A stretch of DNA of 64,000 nucleotides from Acidimicrobiia bacterium (GCA_041576165.1 JBFGLM010000021.1:14908-78907); one strand, 5' to 3'. Shown: positions 40,607 through 51,009, counted from the first letter of the stretch. Translations and numbers: made by a program. Notes: a model not told the origin generated them from the sequence alone.

Positions 40607-40739
40607 AACGTCTAGATCGGCGCCGGAGTTTCCGAACTACAACCGCACGCTCATAAACGCCGGGTGCTATAGGGGTTGCTGGGGGAATGAGGCAGGAAGT
40701 GCTTCAGAACCTGGGTGTGGGCGCCGGTCGGGGGGGAGA

Positions 40740-41120
40740 TCAAGCCAGCTCACCCAGGGCGACGGCCACGATGACGAGCGCAAGCGCGATCAACAGACCG
40801 GTGCGGACCGTTCCGTGTGAGGTTTCGTCGCCCGCCCGCCGGGCCCGGCCCAGGTAGATGTGCACGACCGCCAGCGCCGCCAGGCCGGCCACCGGGTGCA
40901 CCCAGGCCTGGAGAAAACTCTCAGACCAGCCGCTGTCGACGATCCAGAGGATGATGCCGAGCGTGACCTGGATATCGACAGCAACGGCGGCGATCGAGTA
41001 GGCGGGACTCGATCGTTCCCAGTGCTCCCCCGACCGGGTCGCGACGAAAATGGCCACGATGACAGCCACGAGCGTGACGTACTGCCAACCGGAGTGCGCG
41101 TTGAGTAGGAAATCCTGCAT
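40740..41120 (-). CDS. 4-TM membrane protein
   Basis: AHSGWQY, DIQVTLG, HP motifs and hydrophobic helices. Confidence 0.65.
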   Translation of the reverse strand: MQDFLLNAHSGWQYVTLVAVIVAIFVATRSGEHWERSSPAYSIAAVAVDIQVTLGIILWIVDSGWSESFLQAWVHPVAGLAALAVVHIYLGRARRAGDETSHGTVRTGLLIALALVIVAVALGELA

Positions 41121-41204
41121 AGGCGCCAGAGTACGAACTGGAACCGGTCGGAGCCATTCGGGGGAGCGTTCCTCTTGGTGGCGCAACTGAAGGAGGTGAG
41201 GGAG

Positions 41205-41618
41205 GTGGCACATTCATTGGAGCCACACGTGTGGGTGGCAGACTTTGCAGCTTCGGTCCGCTGGTACCGGGAGGTACTGGGGTTCGCGCCGGCCGCTTGG
41301 TACCCGGACGAGGATTCCGCCACCTGGTGCCAGCTACGGCGTGGCAATGCTTCGGTCATGCTGGCGATCGTGCCCGACCCGGCTGGTCTCGCCCCGCACC
41401 AGCAGTACATGACTGAGCTGGGCCCCAGGGTGCAGGGTGCCGGTGGCCCGCTGTCGCTGTACCTACACGTCGACGACGTCGACGCTGCCTACGCCACTGC
41501 GATCGATGCGGGTGCCGAACCGGTCGAAGACATATGGGACGCATGGTGGGGCGGGCGCCAGTTCACCGTGGCGGACCCGGACGGGAACTGGTGGTCGTTT
41601 TTCCAAACGACAGAATGA
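41205..41618 (+). CDS. VOC/glyoxalase/bleomycin-resistance family protein
   Basis: WYREVLGF, LYLHVDDVDA, WGGRQFTVADPDGN. Confidence 0.88.
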   Translation: MAHSLEPHVWVADFAASVRWYREVLGFAPAAWYPDEDSATWCQLRRGNASVMLAIVPDPAGLAPHQQYMTELGPRVQGAGGPLSLYLHVDDVDAAYATAIDAGAEPVEDIWDAWWGGRQFTVADPDGNWWSFFQTTE

Positions 41619-41728
41619 TCGGCCGGAGGCGGCGCGGCCGGGTGTTGCGAGCAGTTCCTGATGTCGTCGCCCGCTCAGCGGGCCGACCTGCGACAATTGG
41701 CCGCAAGCGGGCAACCTAAGGAGCAAGA

Positions 41729-42367
41729 ATGTCCAGCACGACATTTGTCGTCGGTCTGGTGATTCTCGTCGGGGCGTTCCTCATTGGCCAGTCAGTCGCC
41801 TACCAGAGAGCCGCCAGGCGCGAACGAATCCAGCAGGCGCTGTCTGCAGCTGCGTCGGTCCTGGTTCTGAATCGGGAGCTTCTGGCCAACGGCTGGGTGC
41901 GCCAGATGCTCGAGCGAACCGCCGCCGACGGGGCGGTGGCCAATCCGACATCACGTCTCACCGGCGAGCGAACCGAGGCCCACCGCATGATCCGCGACCT
42001 GCTCAATGCCATCCAGCTTGCGAAGTTTGCGGTCGATGCCGGGAACGGCCGAGCGAACCACCGGGCCGGCGTCCGGGGCTCGCTGGCCGATGTCGAAAAG
42101 AAGATGGTGACCATCACCAATGCCTGGCAGCGCGGGTTCGGGGCCCAGACCGGTGATCCGGTGGCTCCCGGCGAGCGCTTCGCCGATCGCCAGGTGCGTC
42201 GCGCCAAGCAGCTGGAAACCTCGGCCAAGCATCTACTGGAAGTTGAGCCCTGGGCCGACCGGATGCTGGACGGCATCTACGCCTGGGGAGCGTCGCTGTC
42301 GCAACGCTTGCGGGCGCAGTTCTCCGGCACCCGGATCGACGGTTTGATCCAGGCCGCCGACGAATAA
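41729..42367 (+). CDS. hypothetical protein with N-terminal TM anchor
   Basis: AAGGAG SD, hydrophobic N-terminus, helical body. Confidence 0.6.
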   Translation: MSSTTFVVGLVILVGAFLIGQSVAYQRAARRERIQQALSAAASVLVLNRELLANGWVRQMLERTAADGAVANPTSRLTGERTEAHRMIRDLLNAIQLAKFAVDAGNGRANHRAGVRGSLADVEKKMVTITNAWQRGFGAQTGDPVAPGERFADRQVRRAKQLETSAKHLLEVEPWADRMLDGIYAWGASLSQRLRAQFSGTRIDGLIQAADE

Positions 42368-42529
42368 CAGGGCGATCGAGGTGGCCGGGGAGCGCCGGCC
42401 CGAGCCGGAACCGGCTTCCGCGGTCCCGAGCGCCGGTCGTGATGTGACGCCGAGAACGCGAAAAACGGCTCGTATTCGGCATCTGACGGCAATAGATTTG
42501 ACCTAGCTGGACGCACCGGGTGGGCGCGA

Positions 42530-43510
42530 ATGAAAGTCTTCGTCAGCTACTCCCGCGCAGACGAGAAACTGGCCGCCGAGGTTTGCAGCCGTCTCGAACT
42601 CGATGGCCACGAGCTGTGGAGAGACGTCAGCTCGATTCCGGGCGGCGCCGACTGGTCTGCTGCCATCGAGCAGGGTATCCGGGCCGCAGACACCTTCCTG
42701 ATTCTCATGTCGCCGAATGTCGTGCGCAGTCCTAACTACGCACGGGATGAGCTCGGGTTTGCTCGCAAACACGACAAGACGATCCTTCCCGTGTACCTGA
42801 AGCCGGTCAAGAAGTTGCCAGATGGATTCGAGCTGACGCTCAGCGGCATCGAACACATCGAGCTGTTCCCCTCGTTCGAGGCAGGCATGGACGAGCTGGC
42901 AGAAGTCCTCGGATCGGCTGCGGTGAGCGCCACTGAAGATGATGTGCCCGGCCTGCGGGTGTGGGCGAGAGACCGCTACGGCAAGCTGCGGACGGGCGCT
43001 CGCAAGCTCCGGGTAGAGGCGCGGCAGCGAGAGCTCGGCAAAAAGGCACTTCAGGTGGGCGGCGCACTCGCCGCGGCCGCCGGCGCGGCAGCGGTGGCAG
43101 CCGCCAAGACGAAAGCGGAGGCGGAAGCTGCCGCAGCTGAGCGAGAGCACGCCGCCGCGGCGTCGGCAATGGAGCTCTACCGGTCGAAGCTCACCGAGCA
43201 CATAATCGACTTCGTCAACTACTACAGCGATGCCGGTGACGTAACCGCCGCCGCGTACGCAGACGAGCTCAGGCCCCGACTGTGGCATCTGCTCGGCCAG
43301 GTGAAAGCCACGCCTCCACCGCCGCAGCTCGCGCAGCAGCACAATGATTTCTCCCAGAAGCTCAACGATTCGTTGAGCAATTTGGACGACGCGTACCGGG
43401 GCATCTCGGAGGGCGAGCTAGAACGGGCCAATCGAGCGGCTCGCCGCTCGATCGAAAACCTGATCAAGTCCATGAACTCCTATGTCGCGCTGCTGGACGG
43501 CAGCTCGTGA
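42530..43510 (+). CDS. TIR-domain protein with Ala-rich/coiled-coil and helical C-terminus
   Basis: VFVSYSRAD, WRD..IPGGADW, FLILMSP, putative catalytic Glu in RDELGFA, ILPV. Confidence 0.88.
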   Translation: MKVFVSYSRADEKLAAEVCSRLELDGHELWRDVSSIPGGADWSAAIEQGIRAADTFLILMSPNVVRSPNYARDELGFARKHDKTILPVYLKPVKKLPDGFELTLSGIEHIELFPSFEAGMDELAEVLGSAAVSATEDDVPGLRVWARDRYGKLRTGARKLRVEARQRELGKKALQVGGALAAAAGAAAVAAAKTKAEAEAAAAEREHAAAASAMELYRSKLTEHIIDFVNYYSDAGDVTAAAYADELRPRLWHLLGQVKATPPPPQLAQQHNDFSQKLNDSLSNLDDAYRGISEGELERANRAARRSIENLIKSMNSYVALLDGSS

Positions 43511-44969
43511 TGTTCAGGCTGGCCGATTCAGCCGTCCCGTGAACTCCGCCGGAAGGCATGGGGTCGACGGCCGGGAGCCGCAACATCTGGGCCTGACCAT
43601 CGACATATCTGGCGCGGTCGGTCTCCGCAGCGGCATCGACGGGGGCGTCGGTGCGCTCGCCGCCATCCTCGGCACTGAAGCGATTGCCCTGATCGTGGCA
43701 TTGATCGAGGCCGCACCGGAGCCCGCGTCTTCTCGCCTACGCACTGCTGGGGGCGTCCTCCCTGGCGGTGCAAGTCCGACTCCTCCGTACCGGCGTCCTG
43801 GGGTTTTGTTCTCGGAGGCGCCTCGGGCAGGTTGCCGGGTTGATCCTGCTGTTCGGGGTCGTGGCTGCCCTCGCAATCGGGGAGTGGTTGGTGTTGGGCA
43901 GCGTGCTCTTGATGGCCGTCCTCACCTCTCGTCAGCTGGGGCAGGCAGTCCGATCTATCCGCGTCATCTGCAGCAGGCGTGCCCGCCTGGCCGATCCCAC
44001 CACATTCGATGAGCTCGTGTGGGCCGGCCGGGTTGTGCGGGGCGGCGGGTGGGACGGCCACCGCCCCCTCCGCCAGGCGTCACGAGAAATCACACTGGGT
44101 GTCGCAGTCGTCGTGCTCCTGATCGGTCTGGTGGCAGCCGAGGTCATCCCAATCGACAATGCCGGCCGGCTCTGGATCGTCCTCCTACCCGCGATGTATT
44201 TCGTCATGCGTGTCCGCCGCCGCCTGCAGTTGAGCGCGGCAGAACGCCGCTTGCACGATCAGCGGGAGCCACGCTCATCCTGCGCTCTTTCAAGGACGAC
44301 CTGTTGCGCGTGCGCGGGCGAGCCTTCAGTATTCCCAGGCTGTCGCAGTTTCGGTTACGGGCGTGCACGCTGGAGGAGGTCCTGGCGCACGGGGCGACCT
44401 CCATAGGACCTGCGCTGATCATCGGAGAACCCGGTGAACGGCTCCCTCGACTCGGAGGGTCTAGAGAGTACGTCCCCGACAACGAATGGCAGACCGCAGT
44501 CACCCGGCTGATGGCACACTCGAGCCGAATGTTCTTCGTGGCGGGCGACACCCCCAATCTTGGTTGGGAGTTGCGGACCGCGGTGGCGCAATTCGGCCTG
44601 AATCGGGTCGTGCTGGTGCTACCACCCCTGCGGGATCGTCAGATCGAGGCGCGCTGGCACCGGTTCACCAATGAGCCGGGACTGCCATCTCTGCCGGAAG
44701 ATTCGTCTGGTCTCGTTCTGGTGACGTTCGTCGACGGTGCGCCGGTCCTGTTCAAGACCGACCAGCGGCGATTGTGGAGTTATCTGGTGGCTCTGTGGTT
44801 GCTGGAGATACTCCATCACCAGGTGGGTATCCGGACCGTCGCGGAGATGACAGCATTCCTGGGTTCGACATTGCCCATCCTCGAACTCTCGGATAGACGG
44901 AATGATGTCTACCGAACAGGGGTATCAGAGCAGCCGGGAGAGTCTCGGCGGCCGACCCGGGGGCGGTAG
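43510..44969 (+). pseudogene. frameshifted multi-TM protein with C-terminal LRSFxDD (TIR-like) domain
   Basis: Coding signal passes through frames 43482, 43768 and 44019. ..HDQREP (one frame) joins TLILRSFKDD..EEVL..IGP..IGEPGERLPRLGG..WQ..GWEL (next frame) near 44270. Confidence 0.6.
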
Positions 44970-44984
44970 GCTGGCTGCCGGCCC

Positions 44985-46163
44985 ATGACAGTTCCCGTCC
45001 TGACGACGCCGCCGGTCGACCTCGACGCCGTCCGCGCCCACCGGCTGGGTCGGATCCGGCGCCAGATGGAACAGGCCGACATGGCCCTGTTGATACTCAC
45101 CAACCCGGTGAGCCTGCGGTATGCGGTCGATTGGCGCGAATACGCCTTGTTCCAGTCTCGGATCCCCACCTACTACCTCTTCGTCCAGGTCGGTGGTCCG
45201 CTGGTGCTGCATGGTGCGTACGCCACGGCGCATCCCACCATCGACGAGTTCCGACCGGCCCACTACCTCAACTGTTTCGACGCCGGGCTCGATCCAGGTC
45301 CCAACGCCGGCAGTTTCGCAGCGGACGTGGCGTCAATGGTCGGCCCGGAGGCCAGGGTGGGGGTCGAGCGAGCCAACCCGAGCGCCATCCAGGCCTTGAA
45401 GAGCCGCGGCATCGCGGTGGTCGACGCGGAGCCGTTGATGGAACGCGCCCGGTCCATCAAGTCGGGGGAAGAACTCGTGTGCATGCGCCACTCGATCGCG
45501 GTCGCTGAGGCCGCGATGGGCGCTATGCGAGCAGCACTGCGTCCCGGGATCACCGAGAACCGCCTGTGGTCGATTCTGCATCAGACCAACGTCGCCAACG
45601 ACGGAGATTGGATCGACGGCCGCATGCTGAGCAGCGGGCCCCGCACCAATCCGTGGTACCAGCCGGCGTCGAGCCGCCCCATCCAGTCAGGTGAGCTGGT
45701 CGCCTTCGACACCGACATGATCGGACCGTTCGGATACTGCGCGGATATTTCCCGTACCTGGCTGGCCGGAGACGGCACACCCAGCCGCGTTCAGCGTGAC
45801 CGATACCAGCGGGCCTACGCCGAGATCGAGCACAATGCCGGCCTGCTCCAGCCAGGCCGAACCTTCCGCGAGCTCTCCGACAAGGCGTACCGACAGGATG
45901 ACGAGTTCGTCGCTCACCGCTACGCCTGCCTGGCCCATGGCGTCGGCATGACCGACGAATACCCCAAGATCTACTATCGCCAGGACTGGGACCGCCATGG
46001 CTACGACGGTGTCATCGAGGCGGACATGGTCATCTCGGTCGAGAGCTTCGTCGGTTCAGATCAGGGGGGCCCGGGGGTCAAGCTGGAGCAGATGTACCTA
46101 GTCGCGGACAAGGAGACGGTCCCGCTGTCCACCTACCCTTTCGAGCGGATTCTGCTCGACTGA
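44985..46163 (+). CDS. M24 metallopeptidase-fold protein, DddP (DMSP lyase)-like
   Basis: SSGPRTNPW, AFDTDMIGPFGYCADISRTW, HGVGMTDEYP, VESFVG, VKLEQ, YPF. Confidence 0.75.
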   Translation: MTVPVLTTPPVDLDAVRAHRLGRIRRQMEQADMALLILTNPVSLRYAVDWREYALFQSRIPTYYLFVQVGGPLVLHGAYATAHPTIDEFRPAHYLNCFDAGLDPGPNAGSFAADVASMVGPEARVGVERANPSAIQALKSRGIAVVDAEPLMERARSIKSGEELVCMRHSIAVAEAAMGAMRAALRPGITENRLWSILHQTNVANDGDWIDGRMLSSGPRTNPWYQPASSRPIQSGELVAFDTDMIGPFGYCADISRTWLAGDGTPSRVQRDRYQRAYAEIEHNAGLLQPGRTFRELSDKAYRQDDEFVAHRYACLAHGVGMTDEYPKIYYRQDWDRHGYDGVIEADMVISVESFVGSDQGGPGVKLEQMYLVADKETVPLSTYPFERILLD

Positions 46164-46258
46164 GGGGCCCCAACGCGTTCGGCCATCTCGACCCGGGCCG
46201 GGTTACGCGGCGGCGGGGCGGGGCGTTCAGCGCACCGGGGGCTCCTAGACTCGCCGCC

Positions 46259-47593
46259 ATGTCTGCACCCCAGGTGTGGTTGACCACCCTCGGCTGTTCC
46301 AAGAACCAGGTTGACTCCGAGAAGGTCAGCGCCATGCTGGCCGAGTCGGGGTACGCCGCCGCCCCCTCGCCCGAGCAGGCCGATGTCGTGATGGTCAATA
46401 CGTGCGCGTTCATCGAGGATGCCCGGCGCGAATCGGTCGAGACGATCCTCGAGTTGGAAGCGGCCAAGTCCGATCACGCCAAGCTGGTGGTCATCGGCTG
46501 TATGGCCCAGCGGTTCGGGACCGACGTGGCCGAAGCCCTGCCCGAGGCCGACGACATCATCGGCCTCGACCGGTACGGCGAGCTGGTGGGCCGGCTTGAT
46601 GCGTTGACGGGGTGGCATCCCGTTGAACTGCAGGATGCCACGCCGCGACGGTCCAGGCTCGACATTCTGAACGTCACGGCGCGACCCACCCCCATCGCTC
46701 CTTACGCATACGTGAAGATCGCCGAGGGGTGCGACAAGACGTGCTCCTTCTGCGCGATCCCGCTCATCCGCGGGAAGCAACGTTCCCGGAGACCCACCGA
46801 CATTCGGGACGAGATTCTCGGGCTGGTCCACCACGGCGTCGCCGAGATCGTGTTGGTCGCTCAGGACCTGGCCGCCTACGGCAGGGACATCAACGCGCCC
46901 GCCTCGGACCGGCCCGGCATCGTTGATCTCTTGCGGTTTGTCACCGACGTGGAGGGCTTGCGGCGGGTCAGGCTGCTGTACCTGTACCCCAAGGAGATCC
47001 GTCCGGCCCTGATCGAGGAGATGGCTACCAACCCGCTGATCGTGCCTTACTTCGACCTGTCCCTCCAGCATGCGGCGGGCGGCCTGTTGCGGTCCATGCG
47101 GCGGCCCGGTGACGGCGTCCGCTACCTGGAACTGATCCGCACCATTCGCGCAGCCTGTCCGGAAGCGGCTTTGCGGTCCAGTTTCATCGTGGGATTCCCC
47201 GGCGAGAAGGACGAGGACGTCGACGAGCTGGCTCTGTTCCTCACCGACGCCCAGCTCGACTGGGCCGGGTTCTTTCCCTACTCGCCCGAGCCGGGGACGA
47301 GCGCCATCGACCTGGCCGGTCGGGTCGACGAAGCCGAGATCGGTCGGCGGCTGCGAGAGCTGTCGTCGATCCAGGACGACATCACGGCGGCCCACAACGC
47401 GGCCCAGGTCGGCACGAGCCACGAGATCCTCGTCGACATGGTGGAGGACGGGGTGCCGGTGGGACGCTCCTTCCGGGAAGCCCCCGAGATCGACGGCATG
47501 ATCTCCCTCGACCGCGGAATCCCGGGCAAGTGCCTCCGAGCCGAGATCGTCGCCAGCTACGGCACCGACCTCGAGGCGGTGGTGACTCGATGA
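46259..47593 (+). CDS. rimO: ribosomal protein S12 methylthiotransferase
   Basis: LGCSKNQVDSE, NTCAFI, EGCDKTCSFCAIP, APEIDG. Confidence 0.95.
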   Translation: MSAPQVWLTTLGCSKNQVDSEKVSAMLAESGYAAAPSPEQADVVMVNTCAFIEDARRESVETILELEAAKSDHAKLVVIGCMAQRFGTDVAEALPEADDIIGLDRYGELVGRLDALTGWHPVELQDATPRRSRLDILNVTARPTPIAPYAYVKIAEGCDKTCSFCAIPLIRGKQRSRRPTDIRDEILGLVHHGVAEIVLVAQDLAAYGRDINAPASDRPGIVDLLRFVTDVEGLRRVRLLYLYPKEIRPALIEEMATNPLIVPYFDLSLQHAAGGLLRSMRRPGDGVRYLELIRTIRAACPEAALRSSFIVGFPGEKDEDVDELALFLTDAQLDWAGFFPYSPEPGTSAIDLAGRVDEAEIGRRLRELSSIQDDITAAHNAAQVGTSHEILVDMVEDGVPVGRSFREAPEIDGMISLDRGIPGKCLRAEIVASYGTDLEAVVTR

Positions 47594-47642
47594 TGGCTGC
47601 ACCCGCCGGCCGAGCCGGACTGAAGCACAGTCCCGGAGCGGC

Positions 47643-48890
47643 ATGATCGTCGAGGTGATCGCGGTTGGGACCGAGCTGCTGCTCGGCCAAATCATCAACA
47701 CCAACGGAGCGTGGATCGGAGCGCGCCTCGCCGAGCATGGGTTCGATTCGCACTTCCAGGTGGTCGTCGGCGACAACCTCGAGCGCCTGGCCGGCACCGT
47801 CCAGACGGCAATCGGCCGATCAGACGCCGTGATAATCAGCGGCGGGATCGGACCGACGCCGGACGACCTCACCCGCGAGGCGATCAGCGCCGCCACCGAC
47901 CGGCAGCTGGTGATGAACGAAGAGTACGGCGAGAGCCTCCGGCAGCGCTGGGCGGCGATGGGACGCGAGTTCCCGGAGAACAACCTGCGCCAGGCCGAAT
48001 ACCCGCGGGGAGGCGAGCAGCTCCCCAATCCGAAGGGCACCGCCCCCGGGATTGTCCTCGACCACGATGGCACCTTGATCTTTGCGGTACCGGGCGTGCC
48101 TCCGGAGATGCAGCTAATGATGGTTGACCAGGTGCTGCCGCGGCTGCGGGCGGCCGGCGGCGACCAATCGGTGCTGGTCAGCCGGCTGATCCGCACGTGG
48201 GGAAAGGGGGAGTCGGCGGTGGCGGAGATGCTCGACGACCTGTACACGGCGACCACCAATCCCTCCCTGGCGTACCTGGCGTCGGCTGGTGAAATCAAGG
48301 TCAGGATCTCGGCCAAAGCAGCCAGTGTCGAGGCCACCGAGGCGCTGATTGCTCCCGTTGAACAGGAGGTCCGGTCTCGTCTGGGCCCAATGGTGTTCGG
48401 GTCGGACGACGACACCATCGAAGAGGTCGTCTTCCGTGCGCTACGGGAACGCAACTGGACGGTCGGCACCGCCGAATCGATGACGGCCGGGATCGTCGCG
48501 GCCCGGCTCACGGGCCGGCCCGGATCGAGCGAAGTGTTCCGTGGGGGAGTCGTGGCATACGCCGGCGACCTGAAGCGGTCCACCCTGGCAGTACCCGAGG
48601 CGACGCTGACCGATCACGGTGCCGTCAGCCCGGAGACAGCGCTGGCGATGGCCGCTGGGGCCAGGCGGCTGCTGGCCGTGGACGTGGCGGTGGCGGTCAC
48701 CGGATCAGCCGGTCCCGACCCGCAGGAGCACCCGCCCGGCACGGTAGTGATCGCGGTCGAGACGCCCGATGATGCCCGGGCCCGGGTGTTACGCCTCCCC
48801 GGCGACCGTGAGCGGGTGCGCGCCTATGCCGCGACCGCCGCCCTCCAGCTCACCCGAATGGCGCTGACCGGGACCTGGTGGGGAAAGTGA
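47643..48890 (+). CDS. cinA: competence/damage-inducible protein CinA (NMN deamidase)
   Basis: GTELLLG, GGIGPTPDDLTR, TAESMTAG, GAVS. Confidence 0.93.
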   Translation: MIVEVIAVGTELLLGQIINTNGAWIGARLAEHGFDSHFQVVVGDNLERLAGTVQTAIGRSDAVIISGGIGPTPDDLTREAISAATDRQLVMNEEYGESLRQRWAAMGREFPENNLRQAEYPRGGEQLPNPKGTAPGIVLDHDGTLIFAVPGVPPEMQLMMVDQVLPRLRAAGGDQSVLVSRLIRTWGKGESAVAEMLDDLYTATTNPSLAYLASAGEIKVRISAKAASVEATEALIAPVEQEVRSRLGPMVFGSDDDTIEEVVFRALRERNWTVGTAESMTAGIVAARLTGRPGSSEVFRGGVVAYAGDLKRSTLAVPEATLTDHGAVSPETALAMAAGARRLLAVDVAVAVTGSAGPDPQEHPPGTVVIAVETPDDARARVLRLPGDRERVRAYAATAALQLTRMALTGTWWGK

Positions 48891-49420
48891 GGGTCTTTGT
48901 TGGCGTGCCGATCGACCTAGAGGCCACCGACCAGCTGGCGGCGTGGGCGGCCACGCTCGACCTGCCGGGGCGGCTCGTACCGCCCACAAGCTGGCACCTG
49001 ACGCTGCGTTTTGTCGGTCAGGTGGACGAAGTGGGCGTGGACCGCCTGGCGGCTGCGCTCGATGAGCGGGACTTCGGGGAGTCGTTCCGGATCCGGTTCG
49101 GGCCGGTCTCGGCGTTTCCGCGCCCGGCACGGGCGACGGTCGCTCACGTGACGGTTGACCGGGGCGGTGCGGAGCTCACCCGACTGGCCGATGACGTCAA
49201 CGAGGAGGTCGACCATGCCGGCTTCGGGCTGGAGGAACGTCCCTACGTCGCACATCTCACACTCAGCCGCATCAGACCGCCGCACGACCTCCGGCCGCTG
49301 GTGAACAACGGCTCGGAAGCCGGCATCCAGATGGCCGTCGACGGATTCGCGCTCTATCGAAGTCACCTCGGCCGCGGCGGCGCCCGTTACGAGGTGCTCG
49401 AACGGTTCTCGCTGACCTGA
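48887..49420 (+). CDS. thpR: RNA 2',3'-cyclic phosphodiesterase (2H family)
   Basis: Two HxT motifs: HLTLRF and HLTLSR. Confidence 0.9.
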   Translation: MRVFVGVPIDLEATDQLAAWAATLDLPGRLVPPTSWHLTLRFVGQVDEVGVDRLAAALDERDFGESFRIRFGPVSAFPRPARATVAHVTVDRGGAELTRLADDVNEEVDHAGFGLEERPYVAHLTLSRIRPPHDLRPLVNNGSEAGIQMAVDGFALYRSHLGRGGARYEVLERFSLT

Positions 49421-51009
49421 TTCGGCGCGGCGCCGGCCTGCGTCCGGGCGGATGCGTGCGACCCGTCGGGCTCTTCCGTGCCCCGGGCCAGCCAGTACCC
49501 GATACCCAGTAGCGTGATCCCGAAACTCATGAACAGCACGATTCTCCAGCCGGGCGAAACGGTGGCGATGTCGATGAGGAGGAGCTTGGACACGGCGAAT
49601 CCGATCGTGAGCAGACCGTGCAACCGTAGCTGTCCCAACTGGGTCAGCGCCCCGGTGACCAGCAGCCCCAGTCCGTACCCGCCGAGGGCGGCGGTGAACA
49701 TGGCGGAACCGCCTTCGACTTCTCGCAGCTCGTTGGCCATCCAGCCAATCATGCCGACGTGAGCCAGCACGGCGTAGACGACGACGATCTCGGGTCGCCC
49801 GGCGTCGCGGTGATACATCCACGCCAGCGCCACCAGGGTGGCGATCACGGCCAGGTGCGCAATAGCGTCGCCACTCACAAAAACAGGACTGGTGGGCCCC
49901 ATGACGAACGCGCGCGAAGCAGACGCGACAACAGTGACGCCCAGTAACCCATGCCCCGCCCATTCCAGCCAGGCCCGCTGGGCCCGGCGCCCGGCCAGGA
50001 CGATGCCGGCGGCCTCAGCGGCCGTCGCCACGAACAGCGCCGGGCCGTCGAGCGTGATCACTGCGGCCACCCCGACCAGGCCAGCCGCTGGGATGTACTG
50101 GGCGATAGCCAATCCGTGCACTTCGATCCTGCTGAGGTGACCGGAAATGGCCAGGACGCCGGCGGCGGCTGCGAGTCCGATCGCTGCCCATAGATAGGTG
50201 GTGGTGGGAGGATCGTCGGGGGTGGTCCAGAGGACCAGTGAGCCCAGGTATCCGAGGAACGGGATGGTCGCGGTTGCCCACAGCGGCGCAAGCTCGTCGT
50301 CGAGCCGCTGCGCGACGGCCCGGACCACCGGGACGGCATAGAGCGCCAGGACCGCCACCACGAGTCCGAGCTGGGCGTCGTTGCGGGCCACCGCCGGTCC
50401 GTCGAAGAAGTGCAATGCCAGAATGCGTATTCCGATGAGGAGCCCCACGCCGACCGCCGCCGTCCCGTGGACCGCAGTCCATCCGGTGCGGTAGTACACG
50501 GCGGCCGCTACCGCCGCCACCATCGCCACGAACCCGAAATCGCCGGGAAAGGCGGGGACTCCACCCATCAGGAGCGGTGCAGCAAGACCTCCGATGATGC
50601 CGATCACGGCGAGCGATTGGTCGCCCTGGCGCAGCGACACCGCAATAGCGGCGGCAGAGATCACACTGAGTTGAACCAACGCCGGCCCGCCATCGACCAA
50701 CTCGTAGAGCCGGTGAGCCGCAAAAGCGGACAGGTACAACCCTGCCAGCCCGCCGCCCTGGAGGATTACGGCGAAACCTGGTCGCCGGCGCCGGATCACG
50801 AATCCAGAGGCGAGGAGCGCGGTGCTGATCGCGGCGCCGATCAGCACCCGGGCCAACGGTCCGATCCAGCCCTGGATGATGCTCCAACGGAACAGGAAGA
50901 CGAGACCGATCAGCAGCAGCCCGAGGCCGATGCGGGCCACCACCTTGCCGCTCATCCACTGCTCGATGGATGCGCCGGACGCCCGCGATCCGCGTGTCGT
51001 GCCCGTCAC
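49387..51009 (-). CDS. DUF2339-like multi-pass membrane protein
   Basis: EQWMSGKVVARIG..GWIGPLAR, many TM helices, KLLLID..WRIVLF. Confidence 0.78.
   Translation of the reverse strand: MTGTTRGSRASGASIEQWMSGKVVARIGLGLLLIGLVFLFRWSIIQGWIGPLARVLIGAAISTALLASGFVIRRRRPGFAVILQGGGLAGLYLSAFAAHRLYELVDGGPALVQLSVISAAAIAVSLRQGDQSLAVIGIIGGLAAPLLMGGVPAFPGDFGFVAMVAAVAAAVYYRTGWTAVHGTAAVGVGLLIGIRILALHFFDGPAVARNDAQLGLVVAVLALYAVPVVRAVAQRLDDELAPLWATATIPFLGYLGSLVLWTTPDDPPTTTYLWAAIGLAAAAGVLAISGHLSRIEVHGLAIAQYIPAAGLVGVAAVITLDGPALFVATAAEAAGIVLAGRRAQRAWLEWAGHGLLGVTVVASASRAFVMGPTSPVFVSGDAIAHLAVIATLVALAWMYHRDAGRPEIVVVYAVLAHVGMIGWMANELREVEGGSAMFTAALGGYGLGLLVTGALTQLGQLRLHGLLTIGFAVSKLLLIDIATVSPGWRIVLFMSFGITLLGIGYWLARGTEEPDGSHASARTQAGAAPNQVSENRSSTS

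Noticed and set aside
49387-49420. 34-nt convergent overlap between thpR and the DUF2339-like gene
   Set aside because: Short 3' overlaps are common in GC-rich genomes; no sign of function.
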